A DNA stretch of 64,000 nucleotides from the NCBI GenBank assembly GCA_030390025.1, contig CM059432.1, positions 64,668,001 to 64,732,000 of the forward strand. The letters run 5' to 3'. The translations under genes and the position numbers were made by a program. The DNA is from Squalus acanthias. Its lineage: Eukaryota. Shown here piece by piece: positions 1 through 12,160 of the stretch (position 1 is its first letter; each line of letters opens with the position of its first letter). The notes under the pieces are model-generated. The model saw nothing but the letters and a program-made list of their open reading frames with translations, searched no databases and was not told the origin of the DNA.

Positions 1-1319
1 GGTACCACAAGCGGATGATGCAATTCCGATATCCCGGTCAGAAAGGAGCTGTCTGGCTTGCCTCCTTCCTTCCGCTTCCATCTCCTCCTCCTCATCTGCT
101 TCCTCCACTTCAGCTTCTGCCTCTTCCTCCTCCTCCTGCTCCTGAGCTGGTGACCATATCCCTGGTGGCAAGGGCTGTGCCCTCATGATGGTGAGGTTGT
201 GAAGGATACAGCAGACCACATTGCATCAGGACACATGCTGCGGTAGTACTGTAGGGCATCTGCAGAGCAGTCCAGGTAGCAGAACCGTTGCTTCAGCATC
301 CCAATAGTCTGCTCTATGGCGTTTCGTATGGTAGCATGGCTCGTGTCGTACACATGCTGGCCACCTGTGGTTGGGTTGTGGAGTGGAGACGTGAGCCAGG
401 TGGTCAAGGTATTGCCCTTGTCATCCCGTAGCCACTCTCTGGTTTGTCTTGGTGGCTCAAAGACTGAAGGAACAGTGGACTGGCACAGAATAAAAGCATC
501 AGGATACTGGGCATTCAGCATCATGATGTGCTGAGCACAGTCGCACACCAACTGCAAATTCAGCGAGTGGAAACCTTTGCTGTTACGGTACATCTCAGCA
601 TTTAGAAGTGGCACCCACAAAGCCATATGTGTGCAGTCGATGGCGCCTTGCACCATGGGGAAGTCTGTTATCCTGGCAAAGCCACATGCATACTCAGCCT
701 GCTTTTCTCTGGTTAGAGAGAAGACAAAGAAGTCCCCTCTCCTGGCATAACGAGCTTCTGTCTCCTCTCTTATGCAGCAGTGGACAGTGAACTGCGAGAT
801 GTTACAGATGCAGACTCAATTGGTCGAATGGCCTTCTTCTGTGCTGTACTATTTCACTCTGGTCAAAAAGAAGACAATGAAGTCCCCTCTCCTGGCATAA
901 AGAGCGTCTGTCACCTCTCTTACGCAGCAGTGGATGGTGAACTGGGAGATGTTACAGATGTCGCCTGTCCCAGCCTGGAAGGATCCCAATACAAAGAAAT
1001 TCAGGGCCACGGCCACCTTCATAGCCACTGGCAGTGCTGTCCTTGCCCTGGTGTAAGGCTGCAGGTCCTGTTGCAAGAGGTGGCAGAGTTCTGTGAGCAC
1101 CTCCTTCGTAAAGCACAGATGACTCACACACTGCTCTTGGCTCAGGTTGAGATAAGAGAATTGCTCTCGGAAGACCCTAAGTGGGTAAGGCCTCCTGCTG
1201 AGAGCCCTTCGTCCCCTACAACTCCTCCCTCTGCGAGCAGCTTGTCCTCTTCTTTGCTGCCTCTTCTCCATCTCCCTGTCATGCTGTAGGACAAGGGGGA
1301 TGACAAATAGAGCACCCAT
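1..1319 (-). pseudogene. Harbinger (HARBI1-like) DDE transposase, disrupted
   Basis: ORFs 849-1331 and 183-656 give the motifs [38 protein letters not shown] and IEQTIGMLKQRF, followed by an acidic tail. Disrupted by a duplication/insertion at 704-960 and by frameshifts. Confidence 0.9.
811..852 (+). mobile_element. Very short CR1-type 3' end fragment
   Basis: GGTCGAATGGCCTTCTTCTGTGCTGTA resembles the reverse complement of the CR1-type 3' ends at about 2995-3035 and 21255-21285. Confidence 0.6.
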
Positions 1320-1844
1320 GACTGGGAGCAAGTGGTCTAACCAGAACCGTTAAAGTCAGAAGCAAGGCTTTCTCCACTTGCTGCACAACTCCCTGTCACC
1401 TTACCAACTGTAAATAACTTTAGGAAGCTCCAAACACTTTCACAAACTTACACAGAGCCAGTAGAAATTAAAAAAAATGTTACCTGAAAGTTGGTAATGA
1501 TTCCCTTAAATAGCGCTGGTGGGGGGTCCTTCCTGCTGTTGAACGCATGTTCAGCAGTGAGAGGTTAAGAGCAGGCGTTAGCTCCAGTGATGATGACAAA
1601 AATGGCACGCTGATTGATGTCACAATCTGCCTACTTTACATACTTCCAGCGCAAGCTCCTAATGGCCGCCCGACTGCCCTCACCAAGATGACGTCCGGTG
1701 CGGCCCGCACCAGAAGCGTGCGCGTGCTGCTTGGACACCATTTTGGTCCCAATTCAGCAACCGTAGCATCTAAACAACAAGCGTTACGCAACCGAATTTT
1801 CAGCCCTACAAACTTTAATTAAATAATTAAATAAAACAAGGTTA

Positions 1845-2690
1845 GGTAGGGATGGCAGTGCAGTCAGGAGTGCCACACCTGCAGCATGTGCAATAAGTGT
1901 CTGCATCTCGAGGAACTTCAGCTCAGAGTTATTGAGCTGGCATCTGAGGTGCAGACATTGTGGAGCATGAGGGAGGGAGTTACCTGGACACTTTGATCCA
2001 GGAGGTAGTCACACTCCTTAGGTTAGGAAGTGGTAGAGATCTGGTTAGTGGTCATGGATAGGAGGGTGTGACTGCAAGTCAGGCAGGTAAGGAACCCAGG
2101 TGCAGTGCTGGAGGAACCTCGGCCTTTGCCCTTAACCAACAGGTACGAGGTTCTTGCTGCCTGTGTGGATGAGGGCAATGACTGCAGGGTGGATGAGCAA
2201 ACTGACCACGGCACCATGGTACAGGAGGCCATTCAAGTACGGGGAGTGAAAGGAATGTGGTAGTGGTATGGAACAGTATAATCAGGGGGGTAAATACAGT
2301 TCTCTGCAGCCGCGACCTGGAGTTTCGAAGGCTGTGTTGCCTGCCCGATACCAGGGTTAAAGACATCTCCTCATGGCTGGGAAAAAACTTGGAATGGGAG
2401 GTGGAAGAACCTGGAGTGGGAGGGGAGGATCCAGTTGTTGTGGTCCACTTAGGAACCAATGACATAGGTAGAACTAGGAATGAGGTACTGCTGAAGGAGT
2501 TTGAGGAGCTAGGGTCCAAATTAATAAGCAGAACCTCAAAGGCAATAATCTCTGGATTACTACCTTAGCCACGCGCAAATTGGCATAGGGTCAAACAGAA
2601 CAGAGTTGAATGAGTGGTGTGGGAGACTAGGGTTTCGATTCATGGGGCACTGGCACCAGTACTAGGGAAAGAGGGAGCTGTTCCATTGGG
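1845..2690 (+). mobile_element. CR1 LINE ORF1 fragment (SGNH/GDSL esterase-like domain)
   Basis: ORF 2257-2568 has VV.NSIIRG, CLPDTRVKD, VVVVHLGTND and ISGLLP, typical of the CR1 ORF1 esterase domain. A degenerate Cys/coiled-coil region lies upstream. Confidence 0.85.
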
Positions 2691-4196
2691 CTGCATCCAG
2701 GCTCTCCCATGACTCCCTCCATATGCTTATGGAGAGAGTCACAGCACACAGGGAGGTCCTCTTCCCTTCCCATGGGTGGAATAGATGTCCCCAGGAGATC
2801 AACACAGCCTGGTTGCATATTGCAGAGGAGGGCACAAGCAGAGATTTGGTCAGGAGTCCCTGGCTGCAGTGACGCAAACATTTCAATTATCTCAGTAGAT
2901 CACGAAACATTAATACAAAGCCACACTCAATCTCATCCTGCTATGCCTCTCATCACATCCCCATCACTCTGCCTTCCCTACCCTACTCATGGAGTTATAC
3001 AGCACAGAAAGAGGCCCTTCGGCCCATCGTGTCCGCGCCGGCCTCCTGCACATCCTTACTCACACCAACTTACCTTGCACCTCCACCCATCACTTTCTAT
3101 CTACATTATCACATCCTCATCTCACCAGCCACCCCTCACACTCACCCTCATCCTAGTGCAATCATACCAATTAACAACACACAAGGGTAGGCACTTGGGT
3201 GTTTTATGTAATGTTCATGTAAAGTTGCTATTAATCTGGTGTCAAACATTGAAACCTTTATTTTCAACATTTGCGTTCTTGGACAGATCTGTGTGCACCT
3301 TTGGAAGTGGCTTAATGAGTTGCAGTGAATGGTGAGACATAACGGTACCCCCCGCAGTGGTGCTGAGTGTGAAAGGAATGGCTTGGGCATTGTAGGGATG
3401 TTTATGGTATTGGTGTGGGGTGGTGCCAACCTGGCGTATCATGTGGCAGCCAGGGTGTACAGCATCAAGTGAAGTAAATCTGGCCATGTTGAAGCCATCC
3501 CTATCCTCCCGGGCAGCAATGTGGTCGGGTGCTGATGCCCTGTGTCCTGTGCAGCATCTGTTGATTACGGAGAAGGTTGGTGTTGTTGTTGGTGCTGCTG
3601 GTGTTGGGGCTCATCGTGGTGGGATTCTGAGGACCAAGGTAAGAGAGTTTCAAGGGCAGCCATGCTGATGGAATAGATGGCAGGTGAAGTAGAGATGACA
3701 GAAGCGATCTGTCAATGGTGGGAGAGGTAATGAGGTCAGACTGGATGGAGACATGTGTAAAGACTTGCAGCATTCTGAATCTGTAGTGGAAATTCAGTTT
3801 AGAGAAGCTAATGGTTAAGGGAACATATCTCGATCAGCTGGGAGGTTTGACTTGACATTTGAAGCTGTCAACTGATCAGCTGAATCAATGGCAAGTGACT
3901 TCTCACCTCAGCTTCACAGACGAGGTCTAGGCACAGCGGGAAACAGGTGGGCAACCTGTCAAATCCAAAAAGCTGGGAAAAAGCCATTGATAAGTGGTTG
4001 TAAACAAGCCACTAATGATTTTAATTGCCTCCCCCACCGCTGTGTGTCGGGTCTGCTCAGCGCTGACAGACTCAACATTTGGTAAAGACGCATGGCAGCG
4101 GGTTCACAGCGGGGTCCCGACCCACTGGGGAAGAAAATTACCTTCCCACCCGACCCGCCACCGATTGCACCCACTGACCCCCTGTAAATCCAGCCC
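2690..4196 (+). mobile_element. Non-autonomous Harbinger derivative (family A: Myb exon-1 relic on +, fused transposase N/C termini on -)
   Basis: Collinear homology with 14570-16190 and, inverted, with 52790-53873. Ends in AAATCCAGCCC. Contains a small CR1 tail at about 2988-3045. Confidence 0.8.
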
Positions 4197-6905
4197 TCAT
4201 AATTTTAAAGACCTCCATTAGGTCACCCCTCAGCCTTCTCTTTTCAAGAGAAAAGAGACCCAGCCTGTTCATCCTTTCCTGAAAGGTATAACCTCGCATT
4301 TCTGGCATCATCCTTGTAAATCTTTTTTGCACCCTTTCGAGTGCCTCTATATCCTTTTTATATTATGGCGACCAGAATTGTACTTAGTACTCCAAGTCTG
4401 GTGTAACCAAGGTTTGATACAAGTTTAGCATAACTTCTCTACTTTTCAATTCTATCCCACTGGAAATAAATCCTAGTGCTTGGTTTGCTTTTTTATGGCC
4501 TTATTAACCTTCATTGCTACTTTTAGTAATTTGTGTATTTGTACTCCGAGATCCCTTTTCTCTTCTACCCCATTTAGAATCTTATTTTCTAAGTAACATG
4601 CAACCTCCTTATTTTTGTTACCAACATTTATCTGTGTTGAAATTAATTTGCCAATTATATGCCTATTCTGAAAGTGTATTAATGTCTTCTTGTAATTTGT
4701 TGCAGTCCCTCTCAGTATTGGCTATCCCCCCTCCCCCAGTTGAGTGTCATCCGTAAATTTAGACATTATATTTTTGATTCCAAAGTCTAAATCGTTAATA
4801 TAAATTGTGAACAACATTGGTCCCAGCACTGATCCATGTGGGACCCCACTTTCCACCTTCTGCCACTGTGAATAGCTACCCTTCACCCCTACTCTCTGCT
4901 TTCTTTCTTGAAGCCAGCTAGCTATCTATTCTGCTATTTGTCCCCTGACTCCGCATTCTCTGACCTTATACACTCGTCTATTATGTGGTACCTTATCAAA
5001 GGCTTTTGGAAATCTAGATAAATTACATCTACTACATTACCAATGTCTACTCTCGCTGCTACCTGTTCAAAAAATTCATTGGGGTTGGTCAAGCAAGACT
5101 TTCCCTTTTGAAATCCATGCTGACTATTCATTATTATGCTTTTGGTTTCTATATGTTCTTCTATTTTTTCCTTTAGTAGGGATTCCATTATTTTTCCTAC
5201 CACTGATGTTAAGCTGACTGGTCTGTAATTCCCTGGACATGTTCTATCTCCCTTCTTAAATATAGGTATTACGTTAGCTATCTGCCAGTCCTCTGGCACT
5301 ACGCCTTTTTCAAATGAATTATTAAATATGTGTAATATTGTCTCTGCTATCTCTTCCCTAAATTCTTTTAAAATGCACGGATGTAATCCGTTGAGACTAG
5401 GGAACAACTGGTTTGATTTGCGTCTCTCGTTAGCGCCCTGGGGTGCAAATCCCCTAGTGCCCAGGCACAGCGGTCCTGCGAAATTCAGTGGGAGGTTAGC
5501 GGCAGCGGTAGCTGGTAGCACCCCTGCGGCGCTGTGCCGCCGGTGATGACGTCATCGCCATGCGCAGCGCCCCGCTCGCGCCCCAGCCGCAAACTTGGGT
5601 TGTGCCCCCTGACCTATCGCCGGACGATATGTCCGACAGGGTCAGGGTGGCGTTTTTGCAGCCGCGGCGGCGCTACTTAAAGGGCAGGTATCGGGTGGCC
5701 ATTTTTTTGGGCCGACTGCCAGCACCTGCCCCCTTCCCCTTTTTTATGCGGGGTGCCGGCCGCGATCACTCAGCCTGGAACTCCTCTTGAGTGCTGTTTT
5801 CAGTAGGGCCCCGGTGCGTGCAGCACTGGGCCCCTCCCCTTTAATCAGGGGAGGAGGCCTGCAATGACACGGTGCTTTGTGCTATTGCACGTAGTGCCGT
5901 GATATTCAGTTGTACTGCCCAAGAAAGAGGTGGAGTGCTTCCAGTAGTGCCCTGCCTACTGCTTGGGGCGCTACAACTGAATTTCAGGTGGAGGGTCACT
6001 AATTTTTTCGGGGCGCTAAAATTAGCAACATTAGCGCCCCAAAAGGGGCGACATCAATTTTTTCCCTCCTAGAGGTTTTATTGAGTTTGATTGGTTTATT
6101 TAATATTTCTCCTTTTTTTATTTTAAATGTGGTTATATCATTTCTAATCTTATCTTCCAATGTCATGTTCACCTGATCTGTCTCCCTGGTAAATACTGAA
6201 GTAAAGTAATTACTTAATATTTCTGCCATTTCGATATCACTGCCTGTGATTTTATCCTGACCATCCCTTAGTGGCACCTATTCACATCTCAACTCTCTTT
6301 TTTTTATTTATGTGCTTGTAGAATATTTTACTATTTTGTTTTATGTTCCTTAATAATTTAATTTCATAGTTCCTCTTTGCCTTCCTAATTGTTTTTTTAT
6401 TTCTCTCCTAATCTCTTCATATTCTCCCTTGTCATGCTCTCCTGCGCTGTCCATGTACTTAGTGTATGCCTCTTTCTTTACCCTCAGTTTTTCCCTTATG
6501 TCTTTATTCATCCATAATGTCTCATTAGTGTTTAGCTTGTTCTTATTTTTTAGCACAATCCTGGACTCTGTTGAACACCGTTTTAAATGTTTCCCATTAC
6601 TGTTCTACATCATTGTTTGCCAATACTGTTGTCCATTTTATTTTCCCAAGTTCTATTCTCAGTCCCTCAAAATTGGTTTTTCTCCAATCTATTACCCTGG
6701 TCTTCGTCATACTAATGTCCTTCTCAATTATTATCTTAAAACATATTATATTATGGACACTATTGCCTAGATGTTCCCCTACTTTTACTTCTCTCATCTG
6801 CTCTGGTTCATTCCCATTACTAGATCCAGTAACGAATCCTCTCTTGTCGGGCTTCTTACATATTGGGTTAGAAAGGAGTCCTGTACACATTGCAGGAACT
6901 CCATT
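4197..6905 (-). mobile_element. CR1 LINE ORF2 (endonuclease/RT), degenerate, split by a MITE
   Basis: PEDWQIANVIPIFKKGDR..PGNYRPVSLTS, SQHGF, VDVIYLDFQK and LGLFSLEKRRLRGDL, spread over several broken ORFs. Confidence 0.93.
5400..6068. mobile_element. GC-rich Harbinger-type MITE (family B)
   Basis: Imperfect terminal inverted repeats (TIRs) GGGAACAACTG / CAATTTTTTCCCTC. CTA duplicated at 5397-5399 and 6069-6071. Interrupts the CR1 ORF2. Homologous to 41993-42751. Confidence 0.88.
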
Positions 6906-7429
6906 CCCTTATCCCCTTATTTCTTATGTTATGTTCTTATGAGTGAGCAGGAGCATGTGGTGTTGGCAATGCAGGAGCAGGAACTGCTGTCCAGAGGGCC
7001 AGCTTATATTATACCTCATCTGCAGGGCTCTCGCATTCAGATCTCACAGATCTGCATATAAAAGAATGCTGTTCTCTGACAATGATCATTATCTGCAGTC
7101 ACTTGAGACTGCCCGAAGCAGCCTGCAAGCTCTGCATAATGTGTGGCTGTGCAGTCATAAAATATAGCTGAGCTAAATTACATTCCATCACAAAGTGCAT
7201 AGCAACACAAGGCTAACTGCAACCGAGCCGACAGTGACAGAGGTCCTTTACACAGTGGAGGTATCTCTTATGAATGCTTGCACTGCTGATGTGGACTTTA
7301 GTCTCTCATGTACAGGTGGCTCCCTTGTCTGGCTTTAACATGCTGGGGGAGGGGACTGAGTGAGCAATTTCACAGGGGTTCACAAATCTCACTGCTGCCC
7401 AGAGATTTTTTCCCACAGAGATCAGCCTC

Positions 7430-8695
7430 AGATGAGGACCAAGATGACCACCAGCAGCAGCAGGACCTGCACCAGCAACACCAGCAGCAGCAGGAGCATC
7501 AGGACCTGCACCAGCAACACCAGCAGCAGCAGGAGCACCAGGACCTGCACCAGCAACACCAGCAGCAGCAGGAGCATCAGGACCTGCACCAGCAACACCA
7601 GCAGCAGCAGGAGCATCAGGACCTGCACCAGCAACACCAGCAGCAGCAGGAGCAATTGGACCTGCACCAGCAACACCAGCAGCAGCAGGAGCATCAGGAC
7701 CTGCACCAGCAACACCAGCAGCAGCAGGAGCAATTGGACCTGCACCAGCAACACCAGCAGCAGCAGGAGCACCAGGACCTGCACCAGCAACACCAGCACC
7801 AGCAGGAGCACCAGGACCTGCACCAGCAACAGCCTGCTGCTCACAGACCTGCAGCTCCACAGGACAGAGAGAATCAGCAGAGAGGTGCAGCTCGCAGGAG
7901 GCCATACCCGGCACACAGTGTTGACAGGCAGAGGATAAGCTTCCTCAACATGTCTGAACACCAGTATTTGAGGAGGCTCAGGGTGTCGCGTCAGGTGGTG
8001 ACAGACATTTGCAGCCGGCGGGAAGAAGACCACCTGCCAACTGGACCTGGTTGCCACGCTTTACCAGTGACTGTCAAAGTCACCACCACCCTCAACCTTT
8101 TTGCCTCTAGATCCTTCCAGGGCTGTCAGAGAAATTTGCAGGATCTCGCAGTCGGCGGCACACAAATGTATAACACAGGTGACTAATTGCTTCTTTGCCA
8201 GGGCCGGTAATTATGTAAACTTCGCCTGCAATGACATCAGTCAGAATGAGCGGGTTAGTGGCTCTGGCTGGCTTCCCACAGGTGGAGGGCCTCATCGACT
8301 GCACACATGTAGCAATTAAGGCACCCATAGATCACCCAGGAGTGTTTGTCAACCGCAAGGGCTTCCACTCCATCAATGTGCAGCTGGTGTGCAACCACAA
8401 AAAAATCTTTATGCAGGTTTGTGCAAGATTTCCGGGCAACTGCCATGATCATGGTGTGCTGTGCTCTGCACAACATTGAACAGCAGCGAGGTTTCGACCT
8501 GCAGGAGGAACAAGTTGCAGAACACAGAGCCTCTTCGGATTATTCCGAGGAGGAGGAGGAAGGCGAGAAGGAAAATGAGGAGGAGGAGGGGGAGGGGAGG
8601 AAGAGGAGGAGGAGGGGGGAAGGTGATGTGGGCAATGCACCATCAGTGGCGCACATTGCTGCCCGGGATGCCCTCATTATTGCAAGGTTCACTTC
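7430..8695 (+). pseudogene. Harbinger transposase with Q/H-rich N-terminus and internal deletion
   Basis: [30 protein letters not shown] and [20 protein letters not shown] jump directly to VCCALHN (GDKGY and IE..FG segments missing near 8448). Acidic tail ends HIAARDALIIARF. Confidence 0.9.
7461..7832 (+). repeat. 39-bp minisatellite, 9 full units plus a partial unit (QDLHQQHQQQQEH)
   Basis: The unit CAGGACCTGCACCAGCAACACCAGCAGCAGCAGGAGCAY is directly visible, in frame with the transposase. Confidence 0.97.
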
Positions 8696-9029
8696 GGTTC
8701 CACCAGTGCACCCATCTAACAACCACATGCAAAAGCCACTTTTTCCCCCCTATACTCCATGTGCCACTCTTCCCCGCAATACCACTAACACAAAGCAGTC
8801 CTGCAAACAACCAAGTCTCCCTTTCTCAGCACCCACTTTGCTTGGCGTCAATTCATGTCTCCCCATTCATCATCACACAACTGAAAAAGCCACTTGCCAG
8901 CCAGCAACCAAGAATGGGCGAGATGGGAAAGTGGTGCAAAACAATAATATTTATGCGGCTCCCTTATAAAACAGAAACTCTTAACATTCCAACAATGTGT
9001 AACACACCTGTGTGCATACCCTTGTGCAA

Positions 9030-10824
9030 CTACAAATCTCTACTCTTCCCTTTCCAAGCACATCGACGTAGTGCAACTCCTATGGCTTCAGCAGAGGTAG
9101 AGGCAGGCTGCTCAGATCCCTGCTCTGGCTGCTGAGATGCTCTTGGCCGACGTTCTCTGAGTTTTGGAGCCCTTGAGGGCGCTGCCAAAGACTGCTCCAC
9201 CTGCACCTGTACAGGGGCAGACTCGGCCCTCGGGACATGAGGCACCATGGAGGTACTGACTGAGGGGGGCGTTTGGCAATGGATGAGAAGTAGAAGCGCT
9301 TTGAGCCAAGTCTCCACTCCCATGTCCCCTTTCACCATCATCTCTTTCATGGCCCACACGCACATCCCTGCTCGCAATGAGCTGGAGAACACTTTGCTGC
9401 AGATCAGTGGGGCAATGAACAGCCAAGGTTAGGGTATCATTCATCGTATTTAAGTTGGCATTCATAGTGTGCAAGCCATTGGTGAGGGTCTGAATGCACT
9501 CATGTGATTGCCGCGTTTGATGCTCCGTGCAGGTGGCCACCCTTTGCATGGACGAAGACATCATCGTAAAGGCCTGTGACATCATGCCACTCATGCTTGA
9601 GACGTACTCCTTCAATCTTGCTGCAAGCGTGCACAGTGCGGCTGGCACGCCTGCAACTACATCGCATATTCTCTGCTGCTGCTCCTGATGTTTCCTGTTC
9701 ATCAACAGCCCCCAAAGTACAGCATATGCGTCCAGCTGAGCACAGCTTGGAGCGTCCTGCGCTCTCCGACACGGACTCTCCACTGTTGTCCGTCTCCACC
9801 ATCTGCTCTGGTTCACTTGTGATGTGTGAGTCACCAGGTGAACACCCAACTATCTGCCTTACTGTCCCACCGAAGTGTGAGTATCTGAGCTGGTGCATGG
9901 TAAGCATGAGTCCTGTGACCTCCTCTGAGAAGTCCTTGTCATAGTCCTCGACCTGCACCACCTCCTGTGAGACGCGTGAAGGCCCTGTGGGAGATAAAAT
10001 ACATGAATGAGTACTGTCAAGGTAAGAATGTTTGAAGATATCATTATGCATATGATCATATTTCACTCGTTCTTGACATAAAGTCAACATGAGTAAGTGT
10101 TGTATGCCATGTGGCAATCGGATATTTAATTGCGTCACCAGGTAGCTGGGAGGCCCCCATCTCCAACAACCAGGCATGGTGAGACTCCACTGATTTCAAG
10201 CGCTTGATCCTCTGGATTTGTTAGCTGTGAGATGGCTGGAGGACCACTTCCGCTTCCCTGCCTCTCCCTTGTGTTCTGTGCTCTCTTCTCCTGCAAGGAG
10301 GGTAATAAGAGACCTATGAGTGAGAGTAATGGCATGTGTGGGACAGATGGATGGAGAGCATTTGTTGAAGGTGACTATGAGGGAGAGGCATAATATTGCA
10401 TAAGGATGAGGATGAGTATCAGTGGTGGATGGACAGATGGGGATGTGAGGAAGTGCATAGATAGAGAGGGATGGGTGTACCTGCAAGGTAAGTTGGTGTG
10501 AGGAGTGATGTGCTGGTGTAGGTTTGAGAAGACAGAGTGAAGGGGTTGTGGTGTTTTGCACATCAGGATGTAGGTGAATGCACCATTGCTCTCACCTTTC
10601 CTGCTCTGTTTAGGTCATTGAATTGCTTCCTGCATTGTATCCAGGAGTGTGGCACCACACTCCTGCTGCTGACCTCTTGTGCTACCTCCAACCACGCCTT
10701 CTTGGTCTCCCCAGCCGGCTTCTTCCTCCCGTTGCTATGCCTCCGGGTCCGCACACATCCCCAGCAACACATCCAGGGAGACATCGCTGAAACGAGGTGC
10801 AGCCTTTGACCTACTGGATACCAT
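9030..10824 (-). pseudogene. Harbinger Myb/SANT-like DNA-binding protein gene, 3 exons, frameshifted
   Basis: Exon 1 about 10824-10596 (APRFSDVSLDVLL / AWLEVAQEVSSRS..SWIQCRKQFNDL, AAG|GTGAGA donor). Exon 2 from 10290 (TTGCAG|EKRAQN). Exon 3 from about 9983. Confidence 0.85.
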
Positions 10825-11226
10825 TCTGGCACTTCCTTCTCTTTGGCTCCCAACTCCAAACTCCTTCAATTTGCATGTTTGTAGTGTCCCTTTAAATATT
10901 GAAGTTGAAATCGCATCATGTGGGTCGTCATTATGCCCGCTGATGCTAATTGGTGGGGAAAGCCGGAAATCATACAGTAATGCAGAGGCTGGGTTAAAAA
11001 GCCACTGACAAACGCGCTGCACGAACTTCCGGGTTTCCTGCACGCTATTGAACTCCCCATTCCCAGCGCGTTGCAAACTTAAAATCCAGCCCATTGAATC
11101 TGTGTTCATCTGGTGTTCCTGGCTAGCATACAGGTGTTAAGATCCGAGGTTGAACGGAGTAACTTTGTCTCCTAGACTCTGTTCTTCCAGTTTGGTTTCT
11201 CCTTTAAATAACTCTGGAACATAGGA

Positions 11227-12160
11227 TTACTTTAAAAGAATCAGGACTGCTACCTGGGAAGTAAGCCTCACCTGTACGATCTTGCGTGTCTGATCACTAA
11301 TCAGCTGGCAGTTAATGGAATTCAACTCCCTGTAGTTCTTGAAGAAATGATGGTGAAATTGGTCTCTTGAGATAGCTTGGAAGGAGCTGGAGTTATAGAA
11401 GCTCATTGGGTTGGTAATTTTCACTGCCATTGGCAAGGCTGCCATTGCTGTTAGCATCTGAGGTCAAATTCCAGCAGTTACATACACCCTGGCAAAACAT
11501 AACCTGTGGAGGCAATTTTTCTCAAATATTTTCACAGGTGTATCTGGGTATGTACATATGGTAGAGCAAAATGAGTGATAGTGAATCGGCAGTCCGTTTT
11601 ACACTCCACCCGGTTTTCTTTTCCATTGCTATTTTGCTCTGCCACCCACGACCAATTTCACCCCCATTGTGTGTAGGTACCCAGATGGTCAGATGGGTGA
11701 AATCAATAATGAGTTGAATTTTGGGGAATCCTGTAATGTGGAAAACTTTGAGTGTCCTTTCAATCTGCTGCTAGTTTTCCATGGGGATAGTAATTGAAGG
11801 TATTTGCCTTGCATATAACACATCGGGGATCTGTTTGATGCCTTTGTGAACTGTGGATTGACTGATGTTGCTAATGTCTCCTGAGATAACTTGGAAGGAG
11901 CTGGAGTCATAGAAGCTCATTGGGTTGGTAATTTTCACTGTCACTGGCAAGGCTGTCATTGCTGTTAACATCTGAGGTCGAATTCCAGCAGATACATACA
12001 CCCTGACAAAACTTAGCCTGCGGAGGCAATTTTCCTCAAATATCTGGGTTTGTACGTATGAATGTTTGGGTAATAGCACATATAGGCAGTCTGCCACTGA
12101 TGTAAGCACACCTGCCTTGTATCTCTGCTTTCATCCTCGTCTTCTGCCTCCAAGAAATTC
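11227..12160 (-). pseudogene. Old Harbinger transposase fragments, partly duplicated
   Basis: CLRRLSF, ALPV.VKIT..MSFY.SSSFQ (present twice), ISQSTVHK and NSINCQLISD motifs. Confidence 0.75.

Larger units (their letters stand above)
1..1806 (-). mobile_element. PIF/Harbinger transposon, partial (runs off the window start)
   Basis: Harbinger transposase remnants on the minus strand. The terminus GAATTTTCAGCCC at 1794-1806 resembles the termini of other Harbinger copies here. Confidence 0.85.
7340..11092. mobile_element. Harbinger transposon with convergent transposase (+) and Myb/SANT gene (-); left end not resolved
   Basis: Two Harbinger gene relics tail-to-tail. Right terminus AAAATCCAGCCC at 11081-11092. 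Confidence 0.88.

Noticed and set aside
4934..5521. Novel fusion protein (unknown N-terminus plus RT)
   Set aside because: Chance read-through from an inserted MITE into a dead CR1 ORF2. The same applies to 53912-54289 and 23728-24006.
7461..7832. Possible CRISPR array
   Set aside because: Head-to-tail tandem units with no unique spacers, in a eukaryotic context with no cas genes.
7306..7914. Elastin/silk-like (AGAGPDAPAAAGV)n, poly-Leu/Val and Ser/Thr-rich ORFs
   Set aside because: These are alternative frames of the 39-bp minisatellite. Only the Q/H frame joins transposase motifs.
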